Virus record (IMG/VR): IMGVR_UViG_3300021197_001752
Location: 32,001 to 96,000 of that record
Direction: 5' to 3' (one strand)
DNA length: 64,000 nt
From: a virus
How positions within the stretch are numbered: the stretch's first letter is position 1; each line of letters starts with the position of its first letter. The position numbers and the translations under genes were made by a program. The notes beneath the pieces were generated by a model. The model was not told the DNA's origin and ran no database searches. It was given only the letters and a program-made list of their open reading frames with translations. Positions 20,653 to 29,414 of this stretch are shown piece after piece.

Positions 20653-21271
20653 ACTGATACCCAAACAACTCTATGTCTTTTGCGTATAGTTTAGCAACTT
20701 CAGCGGCACTTTCTTCATCATAATGTTCTGTGTAATGCCCATGGTTAGTAGGTCTATGCTGTGTAGAAAATAAGTGTTGATAAAACTTAAACCCCAATTT
20801 GTTCATAAGGACTTTCATATCCGCTTGGATATTTTCTACCCTTAGGATCATATCGACGGCCCTATCCTCTGTATGAGTATAAACATGCTGAGGGAGAAAA
20901 TGAACATCATTTATCCACTTGCCTTCACCGATCCTCATAACAAAATCTTTAAAATCCTTATACTCAGACAATAACGGTTCATCATATCGTATCAAGCCAG
21001 AGTACTCATGTTTTCTATTTTGTGTAAAGTCCATATAGCCTGATAACAACCTAGACCAAGGATTCCTAACAGCAGCAAATGAATAATACCTGTGGTAGTC
21101 AGGCTTTATATTTAGGATCTGTTGGTAACTCATATGGTGTATATGTGGCTCTGGGTCGGACCTATCGTTACCCTTAAGTTCATATAAATCCTTGAGTAGC
21201 ACATGAATTGAAGACCCTGCTGCTTTTGGGTTGTGTACGAATATTATTTTCTTTTCATCATCTATAAACAT
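20642..21271 (-). CDS. Sulfotransferase family 2 protein
   Basis: FVHNPKAAGSSI (5'-PSB loop), VRNPWSRLLSGY (3'-PB), HFLPQ, Y.KDIELFGY. Confidence 0.9.
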   Translation of the reverse strand: MFIDDEKKIIFVHNPKAAGSSIHVLLKDLYELKGNDRSDPEPHIHHMSYQQILNIKPDYHRYYSFAAVRNPWSRLLSGYMDFTQNRKHEYSGLIRYDEPLLSEYKDFKDFVMRIGEGKWINDVHFLPQHVYTHTEDRAVDMILRVENIQADMKVLMNKLGFKFYQHLFSTQHRPTNHGHYTEHYDEESAAEVAKLYAKDIELFGYQYEK

Positions 21272-21274
21272 ATT

Positions 21275-22054
21275 TTATCTATCATAATAACTTTGGACAT
21301 ATGGGTTCATAAAAGAAAATGTAGCTCCACACTGCGCCCAGCGAGCAATGTATTCTCCCAGTCTATTAATATCAAAAACTTTGAAATATTTATCAAATGT
21401 AGAATGTATATTTTCTTCTACGCCGTGCCAGGTATCCCTAGGTATTCCTGAGCCTATTAGGAAGATGTGCGCCAAAGAAACTTCAGCACTATTAAGCGTT
21501 TGGTCTATATCCTCCTCTTTCTCTAAACCTGGTAACACTATATGATCCCTGTAATATGCTAATGCTATCTTTAGACCATTGTGAATACTTTCTCTTTTGC
21601 AAGCATATATGTGGTCTCCTATGTGATAAGGTGAGCCCATATGAGCCCTCTTATAAAAAATATTACCACAAATAAATTTATGGCTTGATTTTCTAAGTTC
21701 TTTTTTGATAATCGAGAAATCTTCGTAATATTCATCCGAGCGCATTTTTATGATATAATCTGCCGATGATTTCTCTAGACCATTATATGTTGACAAACAA
21801 GCCCAGTAATATGTGGAACAACCAACGATTCCCTTGTACGGTTCACCAGTTGGATCAGCAGGTCGCTGAGGTAGCTCTTCTGATGTTATCACCACATTGT
21901 TATAATCTGATAGCTTCTCTATCCAAGTGCCTGAATCTTCATGGTCCCATGTAGAAATTATAACTTTGTTAAATTGTTTACACAACACATCCATCTTCGA
22001 TAAGAAGACATTGCTACCATCAATGGGTCCTTGAATGATTAGATCAATATTCAT
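21275..22054 (-). CDS. WavE-like polysaccharide synthesis protein
   Basis: IIQGP...VIISTW...STYNGL...IKMRSD...HIGDHIYA. Confidence 0.75.
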   Translation of the reverse strand: MNIDLIIQGPIDGSNVFLSKMDVLCKQFNKVIISTWDHEDSGTWIEKLSDYNNVVITSEELPQRPADPTGEPYKGIVGCSTYYWACLSTYNGLEKSSADYIIKMRSDEYYEDFSIIKKELRKSSHKFICGNIFYKRAHMGSPYHIGDHIYACKRESIHNGLKIALAYYRDHIVLPGLEKEEDIDQTLNSAEVSLAHIFLIGSGIPRDTWHGVEENIHSTFDKYFKVFDINRLGEYIARWAQCGATFSFMNPYVQSYYDR

Positions 22055-22055
22055 T

Positions 22056-22538
22056 TTACCTTGACAAATTCACATAAGTTGGTTTTCCATTATACATGAT
22101 ACCTTTAAATAAACGTTTCATATCTTCAGGGTCTTCAGGCCAGTGCTTTTCAATATTCTTGAATCCGCTAAGGTGTTCCTTGTCATCAGTCGCCCAATGT
22201 GACCAGCCTAACCAAAGATAATCTTTATCCCTACCCGCACCAATTAATTTGACTGGGATCTTCTCATAATCAACGTAGTTTCTAATAAATTCAAATGGTC
22301 GATACAATGTGAATGGCGTCATTGAATAACATACTACAAGCTTACCCTCTTGGGCTAAGCCAATACTCATCCCCATCATTAATTGTTCTGCTGCGCCTGG
22401 GTTGATAACTCTGTCTGGGAACTCTTCACGAATCTCATCAAAATGTCCATAACCTAAATCACCAACGACAAAAACAATATTTTCGTTTTCTTTCATTTCT
22501 TCATGTAATAAACTGACAAATGTTTTTCTAACGCTCAT
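22056..22538 (-). CDS. Transketolase-like pyrimidine-binding subunit (short)
   Basis: GDLGYG...PDRVINPGAAEQLMMGMSIGLAQEG...RPFEFIRN...G.SHWA. Confidence 0.88.
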   Translation of the reverse strand: MSVRKTFVSLLHEEMKENENIVFVVGDLGYGHFDEIREEFPDRVINPGAAEQLMMGMSIGLAQEGKLVVCYSMTPFTLYRPFEFIRNYVDYEKIPVKLIGAGRDKDYLWLGWSHWATDDKEHLSGFKNIEKHWPEDPEDMKRLFKGIMYNGKPTYVNLSR

Positions 22539-23172
22539 TATTCAACATCTCCGTACCTAGTTTGTAATCTTCCGCTGAAAGCTTGCAATAGTGTGCATCA
22601 AGATCTTTCAAAAATGGGAAATATGAGTTGACATCGGTTTTGTGAAAGTGTATCCTTGGCAAGAAAGCTTTACAGCGACGCTCAAGATACTCTACATCCA
22701 CTGGGTCATAACAAGCCCATCCATTAGCATTGACATAAATTTCCATATTGTCAACATTATATTCTTCTATGTATCTTAGTGCTTCCCAGACTGAACCTTC
22801 TGCACATTCTCCGTCGCTAACCATAACATGAACCTTGCGGTTCTTATTAGCCAGTGCCCGACCCACAGCGATCACTATACCAGAACCCAGGCTACCAGTT
22901 GATACATAAATGTGATTGTCCTCATCCCAATTAGGGTGTCCGCCGTGTTTTTCTACTAGAGCATCTGCGTCAATATGATCATAATATTTTTCTAATACCA
23001 CGTATAAAGCATAAGCAGCATGACCGTTTGATAACACAAATATATCATCTTCATTTTTGTTTTTGAAGATCTCGTCAATTATATCCACACATGTAAAGCA
23101 ACTCCCAACGTGTTCCTCGTTGTGATCATATAGAAGTTTTAACAATCTTTGGTGTAAGACTTTATCGCTCAT
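22528..23172 (-). CDS. Transketolase-like TPP-binding subunit
   Basis: HVGSC...LSNGHA...GHP...STGSLGSG...SDGECAEGSVWEA...N. Confidence 0.9.
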   Translation of the reverse strand: MSDKVLHQRLLKLLYDHNEEHVGSCFTCVDIIDEIFKNKNEDDIFVLSNGHAAYALYVVLEKYYDHIDADALVEKHGGHPNWDEDNHIYVSTGSLGSGIVIAVGRALANKNRKVHVMVSDGECAEGSVWEALRYIEEYNVDNMEIYVNANGWACYDPVDVEYLERRCKAFLPRIHFHKTDVNSYFPFLKDLDAHYCKLSAEDYKLGTEMLNNER

Positions 23173-24335
23173 TTCATCCCCAATGTCTTGCTCATTCTGG
23201 TCATGTGACGTCCACCATCAAACGATGAGTTCTTCCATAATTTCACCATACTATCAAACGTAGACTCGCTAACATACTTACTAGGCACTGAGAACCAGTT
23301 GGCACAGTTGTGGGTCATCGCATGTTCCGCTGTATATTCATCAAATACTAAAGCTGCAATAGTGCCATTCATATTACTCGCTAATATATTTACACCCTGA
23401 CCTGTACGGCAAAAGCCGATGCCAAAGTCACAAATGTTGTTTTGGATTGCCCTAATCGCTTGAGATACATAATCATTGTAATCACAACTTTGATTTACAT
23501 AAGTACCAAAATCAACATAAGGTATATTATTAGCCTCTAATACTCTCCTGGCCATTTCTTTAGCCTCGAACCCTGAATGGTCGCAGGCGATAGCTATAGG
23601 CTTCTGTCCAAATCGTGGTGCTACATGATTGACAAAGAACTCCAACTCTTGTGGTGTTCCCAGGACATGCATTTTCTCTACCTGATGAATGCCAACTTTA
23701 GCACCGTCTCGGATCATATGATTATACATTGGACAGATATAGAACTCATTCTTTACACGAATATTCTTTTCGATCATCTCTTCCGCATACTGAATGAACA
23801 TCTTACCAGTCTTGTAATAATATACACCTACAGCAGCATTTTGGCTGATTACTTCCTTCTCAGCCGTTCTGGTTGCATAACCTTCCTCGTTCATTTCTAC
23901 ATAACTATGGGCTGGACTGTTCGCTTTGAACGTTAGCAAATATCCATCCATCTCTTCTGGCACAGAGGCTGGGTCAAACTGGTTTTCGTAATATACATCA
24001 GGCGTATAAATAAACAGAGGCAAATCATTGTCAATATATTCTCTAGCCAATAAACAGGTGGACACTGATCCATCGGTGATATGATCGACAACGACAATTT
24101 TTACGTCTTCACCAAATTTATCCCTCAATATTTGATCGATTGAGAAGTTGTGAATATGATCTAGGCGCACTGCAAAAATAAGATTGCAATCATCTACCTT
24201 GAATGCATCCATAGCCCAATCAATAACATGTCTGGTATTTGCCATGATTAGCGGCTTGGGCATAGTGTAGCCCTTATCTAAAAACCTCTGTGCTCTACCT
24301 GCTACAGGTAGCAATACGTTATATTTCTTTGTCAT
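23169..24335 (-). CDS. Sugar-phosphate nucleotidyltransferase fused to an RpiB/LacAB sugar-phosphate isomerase
   Basis: PVAGRAQRF..GY.MPKPLI (NTP_transferase); IACDHSG...DFGT...CRTGQGV...FDGGRH..R (RpiB). Confidence 0.9.
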   Translation of the reverse strand: MTKKYNVLLPVAGRAQRFLDKGYTMPKPLIMANTRHVIDWAMDAFKVDDCNLIFAVRLDHIHNFSIDQILRDKFGEDVKIVVVDHITDGSVSTCLLAREYIDNDLPLFIYTPDVYYENQFDPASVPEEMDGYLLTFKANSPAHSYVEMNEEGYATRTAEKEVISQNAAVGVYYYKTGKMFIQYAEEMIEKNIRVKNEFYICPMYNHMIRDGAKVGIHQVEKMHVLGTPQELEFFVNHVAPRFGQKPIAIACDHSGFEAKEMARRVLEANNIPYVDFGTYVNQSCDYNDYVSQAIRAIQNNICDFGIGFCRTGQGVNILASNMNGTIAALVFDEYTAEHAMTHNCANWFSVPSKYVSESTFDSMVKLWKNSSFDGGRHMTRMSKTLGMK

Positions 24336-24337
24336 CT

Positions 24338-24673
24338 TTACCCCTTATAGGCTCTAATATTTTTTATTACACCATCTTGACTATATGTGATGATGTCTGC
24401 TACTATTATTTCTTGCTTGTCTAGAGTTATCACAATTTCCGCTGTGGCGGTCAAGAGAAGCTTATCAACAGTGCACCGTGTTATATCAACCTTGATATCA
24501 TCTACACTATCAAATAAACCCCTATTTGCTTCTAGGACTTTTTCCCTACCATGGCATTCAACATCCCAATCCATAAGTGACACAGTGCTACTATAAAGCT
24601 CTTTTAGTGCGTCCAAATCCTTACGTTCAAATGCAGAAAAGTATTTCCAAGTTAGTTGATAGAGATCCATCAT
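24338..24673 (-). CDS. SnoaL/NTF2-like protein
   Basis: YFSAFERKDLDAL..LY...L.DW...GRE.V...I..IRAY. Confidence 0.8.
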   Translation of the reverse strand: MMDLYQLTWKYFSAFERKDLDALKELYSSTVSLMDWDVECHGREKVLEANRGLFDSVDDIKVDITRCTVDKLLLTATAEIVITLDKQEIIVADIITYSQDGVIKNIRAYKG

Positions 24674-25548
24674 TTTACCCCTTGAATAAAGTCTGTAGCA
24701 TATGCATGTGCATACTCAACATTTTTCTTTATATTATTTGGATCTTTCTGTGTGCTATGCATAAAACCTGCTGCGAATGCATCGCCAGCGCCTAGCACAT
24801 CTAACTTTACATCATTTATGTATTCACTACTGACCATGAAATCATTACCCTGTGCGCTAACGAAGCTGCCTCTAGGGCTATGTACGATTGCTGCTGATCC
24901 AACGGATTCGCCGAGCGACATCGCTGCATATATTTCATATTGTTCGCCCGTAACACTTGTGGCACTATCATCCGATGTAATCACAAAATTCATATTTCTT
25001 ACTAGATTCATTATTCTCTTCCTCTCTGCGCTGCTGTGTGCAGCCAAGCAGAAGTCTGCGGATATTATACTAGTTTCTGGGATTTGTGTAAACATTTTTT
25101 TATCTACTCCTAATAAAGTATCTAAATACATGAAATGGTACCACTTTGATTTGGGTAAAATAAAGTCAGAGCTTATCTTACAGGCTCCCCAGTTGACTAT
25201 ACTGCTTCTTCTTTGTTCTTCTGTTTCACATATTATAAAGGCGTTTGTTGTAGGTATCTCTGCACGAGCTACATGATAGTCAAAATTTGGATTCTTGTTT
25301 TTATATTCTTGTAACCTCTCTATTACATCACTGCCCTGTTTATCATTCCCTACTACTGTAGAAACAAATACTTTATACTTTTTATCTATTTCACATAAAC
25401 CTCGGGCGGTATTCATAACGCCGCCAAGGTCAGTCTTTGTTGACAGCCCTAAATTAGATACACCTACTTGAAATGAGTTGGTTGCTTGTACTGTGTCTAG
25501 GAATATATTTCCGACTATGCAGAAATCAAAACTTTTCATTTTTGTCAA
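24670..25548 (-). CDS. PfkB-family carbohydrate kinase
   Basis: GGVMNTA...VGNDKQG and DVLGAGDAFAAGF signature. Confidence 0.9.
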   Translation of the reverse strand: MTKMKSFDFCIVGNIFLDTVQATNSFQVGVSNLGLSTKTDLGGVMNTARGLCEIDKKYKVFVSTVVGNDKQGSDVIERLQEYKNKNPNFDYHVARAEIPTTNAFIICETEEQRRSSIVNWGACKISSDFILPKSKWYHFMYLDTLLGVDKKMFTQIPETSIISADFCLAAHSSAERKRIMNLVRNMNFVITSDDSATSVTGEQYEIYAAMSLGESVGSAAIVHSPRGSFVSAQGNDFMVSSEYINDVKLDVLGAGDAFAAGFMHSTQKDPNNIKKNVEYAHAYATDFIQGVK

Positions 25549-26062
25549 GTGCTTCTATATCTTCCATGGTACAATCATTTATTAGTCCACGCTCAAGCAT
25601 CACTCCAACCATTTCCATTATTACGTTACAACCAGCATTGCTTTGGAGAACATTATGATAGCCAAACGCAGAGGTACAAAGCTTTTTCACTTCCCAATTG
25701 GCATCTGCGGGACAAAAAGGATATCTGACGGCCTGTAAGATACTACTATCGAATAAGTCATCGCCAATATAAGCCATGTGTTCAGGAGTTGTATTGTATT
25801 TTTCCTGCAACTCTGGGATGAAGTCTACCTTGTCTTTTCCACGAGCATAAAAGAAATCAATGTTTCGATTTTTAGCCATAGCTTGATTGACAGTATCATC
25901 GCCTGATAGGAAGCAGACATCTATGCCAGCGCCACGAAGCCGCTTGATTGCAGTGAAGTCCTTGTCACAATACGTTTTAGCAAATGGCATACCATCTAAT
26001 CCATAATATTTTCTGCCATCCGTCAGTACACCATCAATGTCCAATATCACTAATTTAATCAT
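25526..26062 (-). CDS. kdsC: KdsC-family HAD phosphatase
   Basis: ILDIDGVLTDG...AYIGDDLFD...CPADA. Confidence 0.8.
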   Translation of the reverse strand: MIKLVILDIDGVLTDGRKYYGLDGMPFAKTYCDKDFTAIKRLRGAGIDVCFLSGDDTVNQAMAKNRNIDFFYARGKDKVDFIPELQEKYNTTPEHMAYIGDDLFDSSILQAVRYPFCPADANWEVKKLCTSAFGYHNVLQSNAGCNVIMEMVGVMLERGLINDCTMEDIEALDKNEKF

Positions 26063-26802
26063 ACGAATCCTCTGTCTTCCTTTGTAATATTATACTGCTT
26101 AAGCAAAGGGGTAATTTCTTGTTCATATTCTCCAACATTCCATTTCCCTTTCACAATGGCAGTCGCAATATACGGATATGTACTTGAGTCCCAGTGGTAC
26201 ATGCCACGTCTCTTCTCACCATTATATGTGTAAAGACCTTGAATGTTAAGTTGTTTACATATTTGTGAAGCCATTATCTCAAACTCGTGGATTTTATCAA
26301 TATCCGTTTCGGAATATATTTCAAGTAAATCTTCTGTTCTCCACAATGAGGGCTGCACAGCAAACAGAAAGTCAGGGTTGTGTTCTAACAAATGGAACCC
26401 ACTGTGGTTTTTGAATTGCACATCCCGATGGTTTTCCCGATATAATCCACCCTTTATGAATTTTATGTAACTAATGTCTTCTTCATCTAAGATTTCTTTG
26501 CTTTTTTTTATGCCCTGATAATCAGGAGCATCATACAAAATCATATCTTCATGATGAAAGATACAGTATTCTTCATCGATGTGTCTAAGGCAATGCTCTA
26601 CTCTTTTATCATACTGGTCATTCTCGCTATAATAAATTGCATCCCAGTGATCAGGCAAGAGGTTCTCTGTATCTTTGTCGATAAAAGCATATTTTTTTAT
26701 GCCTGTTAGGTGTTTATCAATTTGACCAGTAAACATTTCCCACACATCACTGTAATCGCTATGTGAGTACATAATGATAGCTATATCCTGCATGTTATTC
26801 AC
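26059..26802 (-). CDS. Putative glycosyltransferase (GT-A-like)
   Basis: SDYSDVW...HHEDMIL (DxD-like)...QPSLWR...VKGKW; glycan-island context. Confidence 0.55.
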   Translation of the reverse strand: MNNMQDIAIIMYSHSDYSDVWEMFTGQIDKHLTGIKKYAFIDKDTENLLPDHWDAIYYSENDQYDKRVEHCLRHIDEEYCIFHHEDMILYDAPDYQGIKKSKEILDEEDISYIKFIKGGLYRENHRDVQFKNHSGFHLLEHNPDFLFAVQPSLWRTEDLLEIYSETDIDKIHEFEIMASQICKQLNIQGLYTYNGEKRRGMYHWDSSTYPYIATAIVKGKWNVGEYEQEITPLLKQYNITKEDRGFV

Positions 26803-27625
26803 CTGTTATATCAATGTAGCTTGTTTTTTCATATAGCCCTATATCTTTAAAAAACCACTTATAGAACTTATGATTATCAATGCACTGCCATTTATCAAAC
26901 TTAACCAACTTGTCTGTTCGATAATCTTTTGGCTTCTCTTGTTCATTACTAAACTCGTCTTCGGAATTACTATCAAACCAGCCCTCGGTGATTGATTTAT
27001 AATAATCGCTACCAGGTGTATAATACTCCTGTATTTTGTCATATGCACTGCCAACCAAATCCATATTCTCGCTGTTAGAATAAAACCAATGGTCAGCATA
27101 TCCCCAGTTCATCTGATCCCAGTAGGCAGCGTACATCTTATTCATATCTAAGGTTGGGTCAAAATTTATATTGGTTACATAATATGTCTGCGGGTGCTCT
27201 TTACCTCTAGTGCCAATATCGGTTCTAGCTAATATTACTGCATCATACTTAAAGTTGTTCTCTTTCTCGTGTTCTGCTTTTATTTCAAGGACTCTTTTGC
27301 GAGAGTACAGAAAACTGAATGTTTGAAAGATAGAATTGCTTTTATACATTGTTCCGCTACGATCAAAGCCATCATCAAACCATCCCTGGTCCATAGAATC
27401 TAGTTCACTCTTGAAATCTCTTTGTTGTTCGTATTGGACTTTAATGGGATCATACATATGGTGTATCATGTTTTTAACACCTTCGCCTTGTTCCCAACAG
27501 TGAAAAAACACATCCACATCATTGTTGCTCATTACTTTTCTTTTTAAATATTCCCAAGATGCAAAGGCGGCGTTTTCTCCGCCGCTATTCAAAAAGTATC
27601 CGTGGAAACATAGAGCTATCTTCAT
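26795..27625 (-). CDS. Putative glycosyltransferase-like protein
   Basis: MKIALCFHG...DVFFHCW...YD.VILARTD...ADHWFY; glycan-island context. Confidence 0.55.
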   Translation of the reverse strand: MKIALCFHGYFLNSGGENAAFASWEYLKRKVMSNNDVDVFFHCWEQGEGVKNMIHHMYDPIKVQYEQQRDFKSELDSMDQGWFDDGFDRSGTMYKSNSIFQTFSFLYSRKRVLEIKAEHEKENNFKYDAVILARTDIGTRGKEHPQTYYVTNINFDPTLDMNKMYAAYWDQMNWGYADHWFYSNSENMDLVGSAYDKIQEYYTPGSDYYKSITEGWFDSNSEDEFSNEQEKPKDYRTDKLVKFDKWQCIDNHKFYKWFFKDIGLYEKTSYIDITGE

Positions 27626-28242
27626 TTTATTCTACAATCTTTGAAAAGTGTAAATTCTGTCAAATCTCTATAAGGAGGGGACTCTGGAATATCAGGGTTG
27701 ATCCTGGGGAAGTTTTGCATCAAGGATAAACCATGAGCAGCCTGTTGCGGAGTCATATACATATTCCAGCCCAGTGTTTTTATATCATCGTCCTGATATC
27801 TGATTCCTTCACTGCGCCCCTCATAGCGAGCCTCTCTGGCCCAGTCAGATAATTCTTTACTATCAGTTAAAATCATACCACCCTTACTAATCTTGAGGTG
27901 CTTTTTGATATGAAAGGATAAGCACATATGTGTGCCTGGTCTATACATATCAGTTGTAAACCTCTTAGCTGCGTCAAAGATTGGAAACGGCTTCAACTGA
28001 TAGATCCCTTGCCAACATAGGTCTTCAAATACCACCTCTCCACCAGCGTGCATGATAGATTGTGGTACTGATAGATAAGTTTGCCTAGGTATCGTTACCT
28101 CTTTATTTTTGACGCCCTCAAACATACAGCACAAAAACAATGCATTAGTACAGGAATCTAGTGATACCGCATAAGGTGCACCTGTATAATCAGCCACCGA
28201 TTGCTCGAACATCTTTACTACTTCATATGGATTCTGTTTCAT
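27622..28242 (-). CDS. DegT/DnrJ-family PLP-dependent sugar aminotransferase (short)
   Basis: FEQ.VADY.G..YAV.LDSCTNAL...DAA...SFH.KK....GGMILTD...G.N.YMT; start moved to MKQNPYE. Confidence 0.85.
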   Translation of the reverse strand: MKQNPYEVVKMFEQSVADYTGAPYAVSLDSCTNALFLCCMFEGVKNKEVTIPRQTYLSVPQSIMHAGGEVVFEDLCWQGIYQLKPFPIFDAAKRFTTDMYRPGTHMCLSFHIKKHLKISKGGMILTDSKELSDWAREARYEGRSEGIRYQDDDIKTLGWNMYMTPQQAAHGLSLMQNFPRINPDIPESPPYRDLTEFTLFKDCRIK

Positions 28243-28636
28243 CTTCTTTTTCCAAAATATAATATTTCTTTTTAAAGCCGCATGACTCGAATAGTTTAAG
28301 ACTAGCATCATTTGCAATCTTAACCTTAGCATGTGAGTATGGCTTTTGCTCCATTACATGATTGATAAGTATTTTACCGTAACCATTCCCACATTCCTCA
28401 GGCAGTACAGCTATTCTTATGTCGCCCTCAAGGCTACCAACAAATCCAACAGGTACATCATCCTTTAGCAAGATCCAATAATTTCGAGAATGCTGCTTCA
28501 TATATTTTCTATGTGTCGCTGGGAAGATCTCTTCTTGTTGTATAAACCCTTGTTTAACATCAGGGTGATTCCGTAGGTTACGAACAAATTCCCAATGTTC
28601 TATTTGACAACTAACAACTCTTATTTTACCACTCAT
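28223..28636 (-). CDS. GNAT N-acetyltransferase (PseH-like)
   Basis: RN.PDV...PVGFVG...GNGYGK...NDASLKLFESCGF; adjacent to the aminotransferase. Confidence 0.85.
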   Translation of the reverse strand: MSGKIRVVSCQIEHWEFVRNLRNHPDVKQGFIQQEEIFPATHRKYMKQHSRNYWILLKDDVPVGFVGSLEGDIRIAVLPEECGNGYGKILINHVMEQKPYSHAKVKIANDASLKLFESCGFKKKYYILEKEDETESI

Positions 28637-29414
28637 CAATTTGATTCCCATATTGACTATCACTTTTCATCCAATATGAAGTCAGATACCCTCTAGTAAA
28701 ACGCCATCCTTCTAAATTCTGATAAGGATTCAAGGCGCTCCCAGTGTCTAGGAACGTATTGCTTTGATTCTCTTTGAAGCACTGATGTATTACAAAATTA
28801 CTCAGGCTAGCCGCAGAGCAAAGAACAATGTGATCTTTGATATTATTCTTTTCGATGTATTCTTTGACTTGATCGACAGTATCGTAATTGTCAACCATGC
28901 AGTTGCTTCCTATGCGAAATTCCTTCTTTACTTTGAAGGGTAAGCCAGAGAGATCTGCCATCTCGTTGACAATATAAATAATATCCCTATCATTGAACAA
29001 TGGGACTACTTCTTCAACATATCTTGAATAGTTGGAATTGATAAACACATTAGCAAAGGTAAGGTTATCTTCAAACCCTTCTCCGTGGAGATCCATCTGC
29101 CACTTGAAATTCTCTTCTCCGACATCTGTTTTAGTACAAATGCCTTTATAATAGTTGTCAGCCTTATATTGGAAGCTTTCAATAAGCTTTTCACGATGAA
29201 ACTGGTGTTTATTTGGTAAGAATTCTTTTTGTTCTTCTTTGGTATATATGTTATGACCAATACGGTCACCTGTAACAAAATACCCAGGAGCTAATACAAC
29301 TGTTTGGTTCTGCATTATAAACATTTCGCCGTCAGAGAACCGAGCGAAGGCAAAGTTATCTCCTGATTCTAACTTTGTTTTAAACCTATCAAATTCTTGC
29401 TTAAAATCTTTCAT
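28626..29414 (-). CDS. GT-D-fold (DUF1792-like) glycosyltransferase
   Basis: FAFARFSDGE...LDTGS motifs. Confidence 0.65.
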   Translation of the reverse strand: MKDFKQEFDRFKTKLESGDNFAFARFSDGEMFIMQNQTVVLAPGYFVTGDRIGHNIYTKEEQKEFLPNKHQFHREKLIESFQYKADNYYKGICTKTDVGEENFKWQMDLHGEGFEDNLTFANVFINSNYSRYVEEVVPLFNDRDIIYIVNEMADLSGLPFKVKKEFRIGSNCMVDNYDTVDQVKEYIEKNNIKDHIVLCSAASLSNFVIHQCFKENQSNTFLDTGSALNPYQNLEGWRFTRGYLTSYWMKSDSQYGNQIDEW

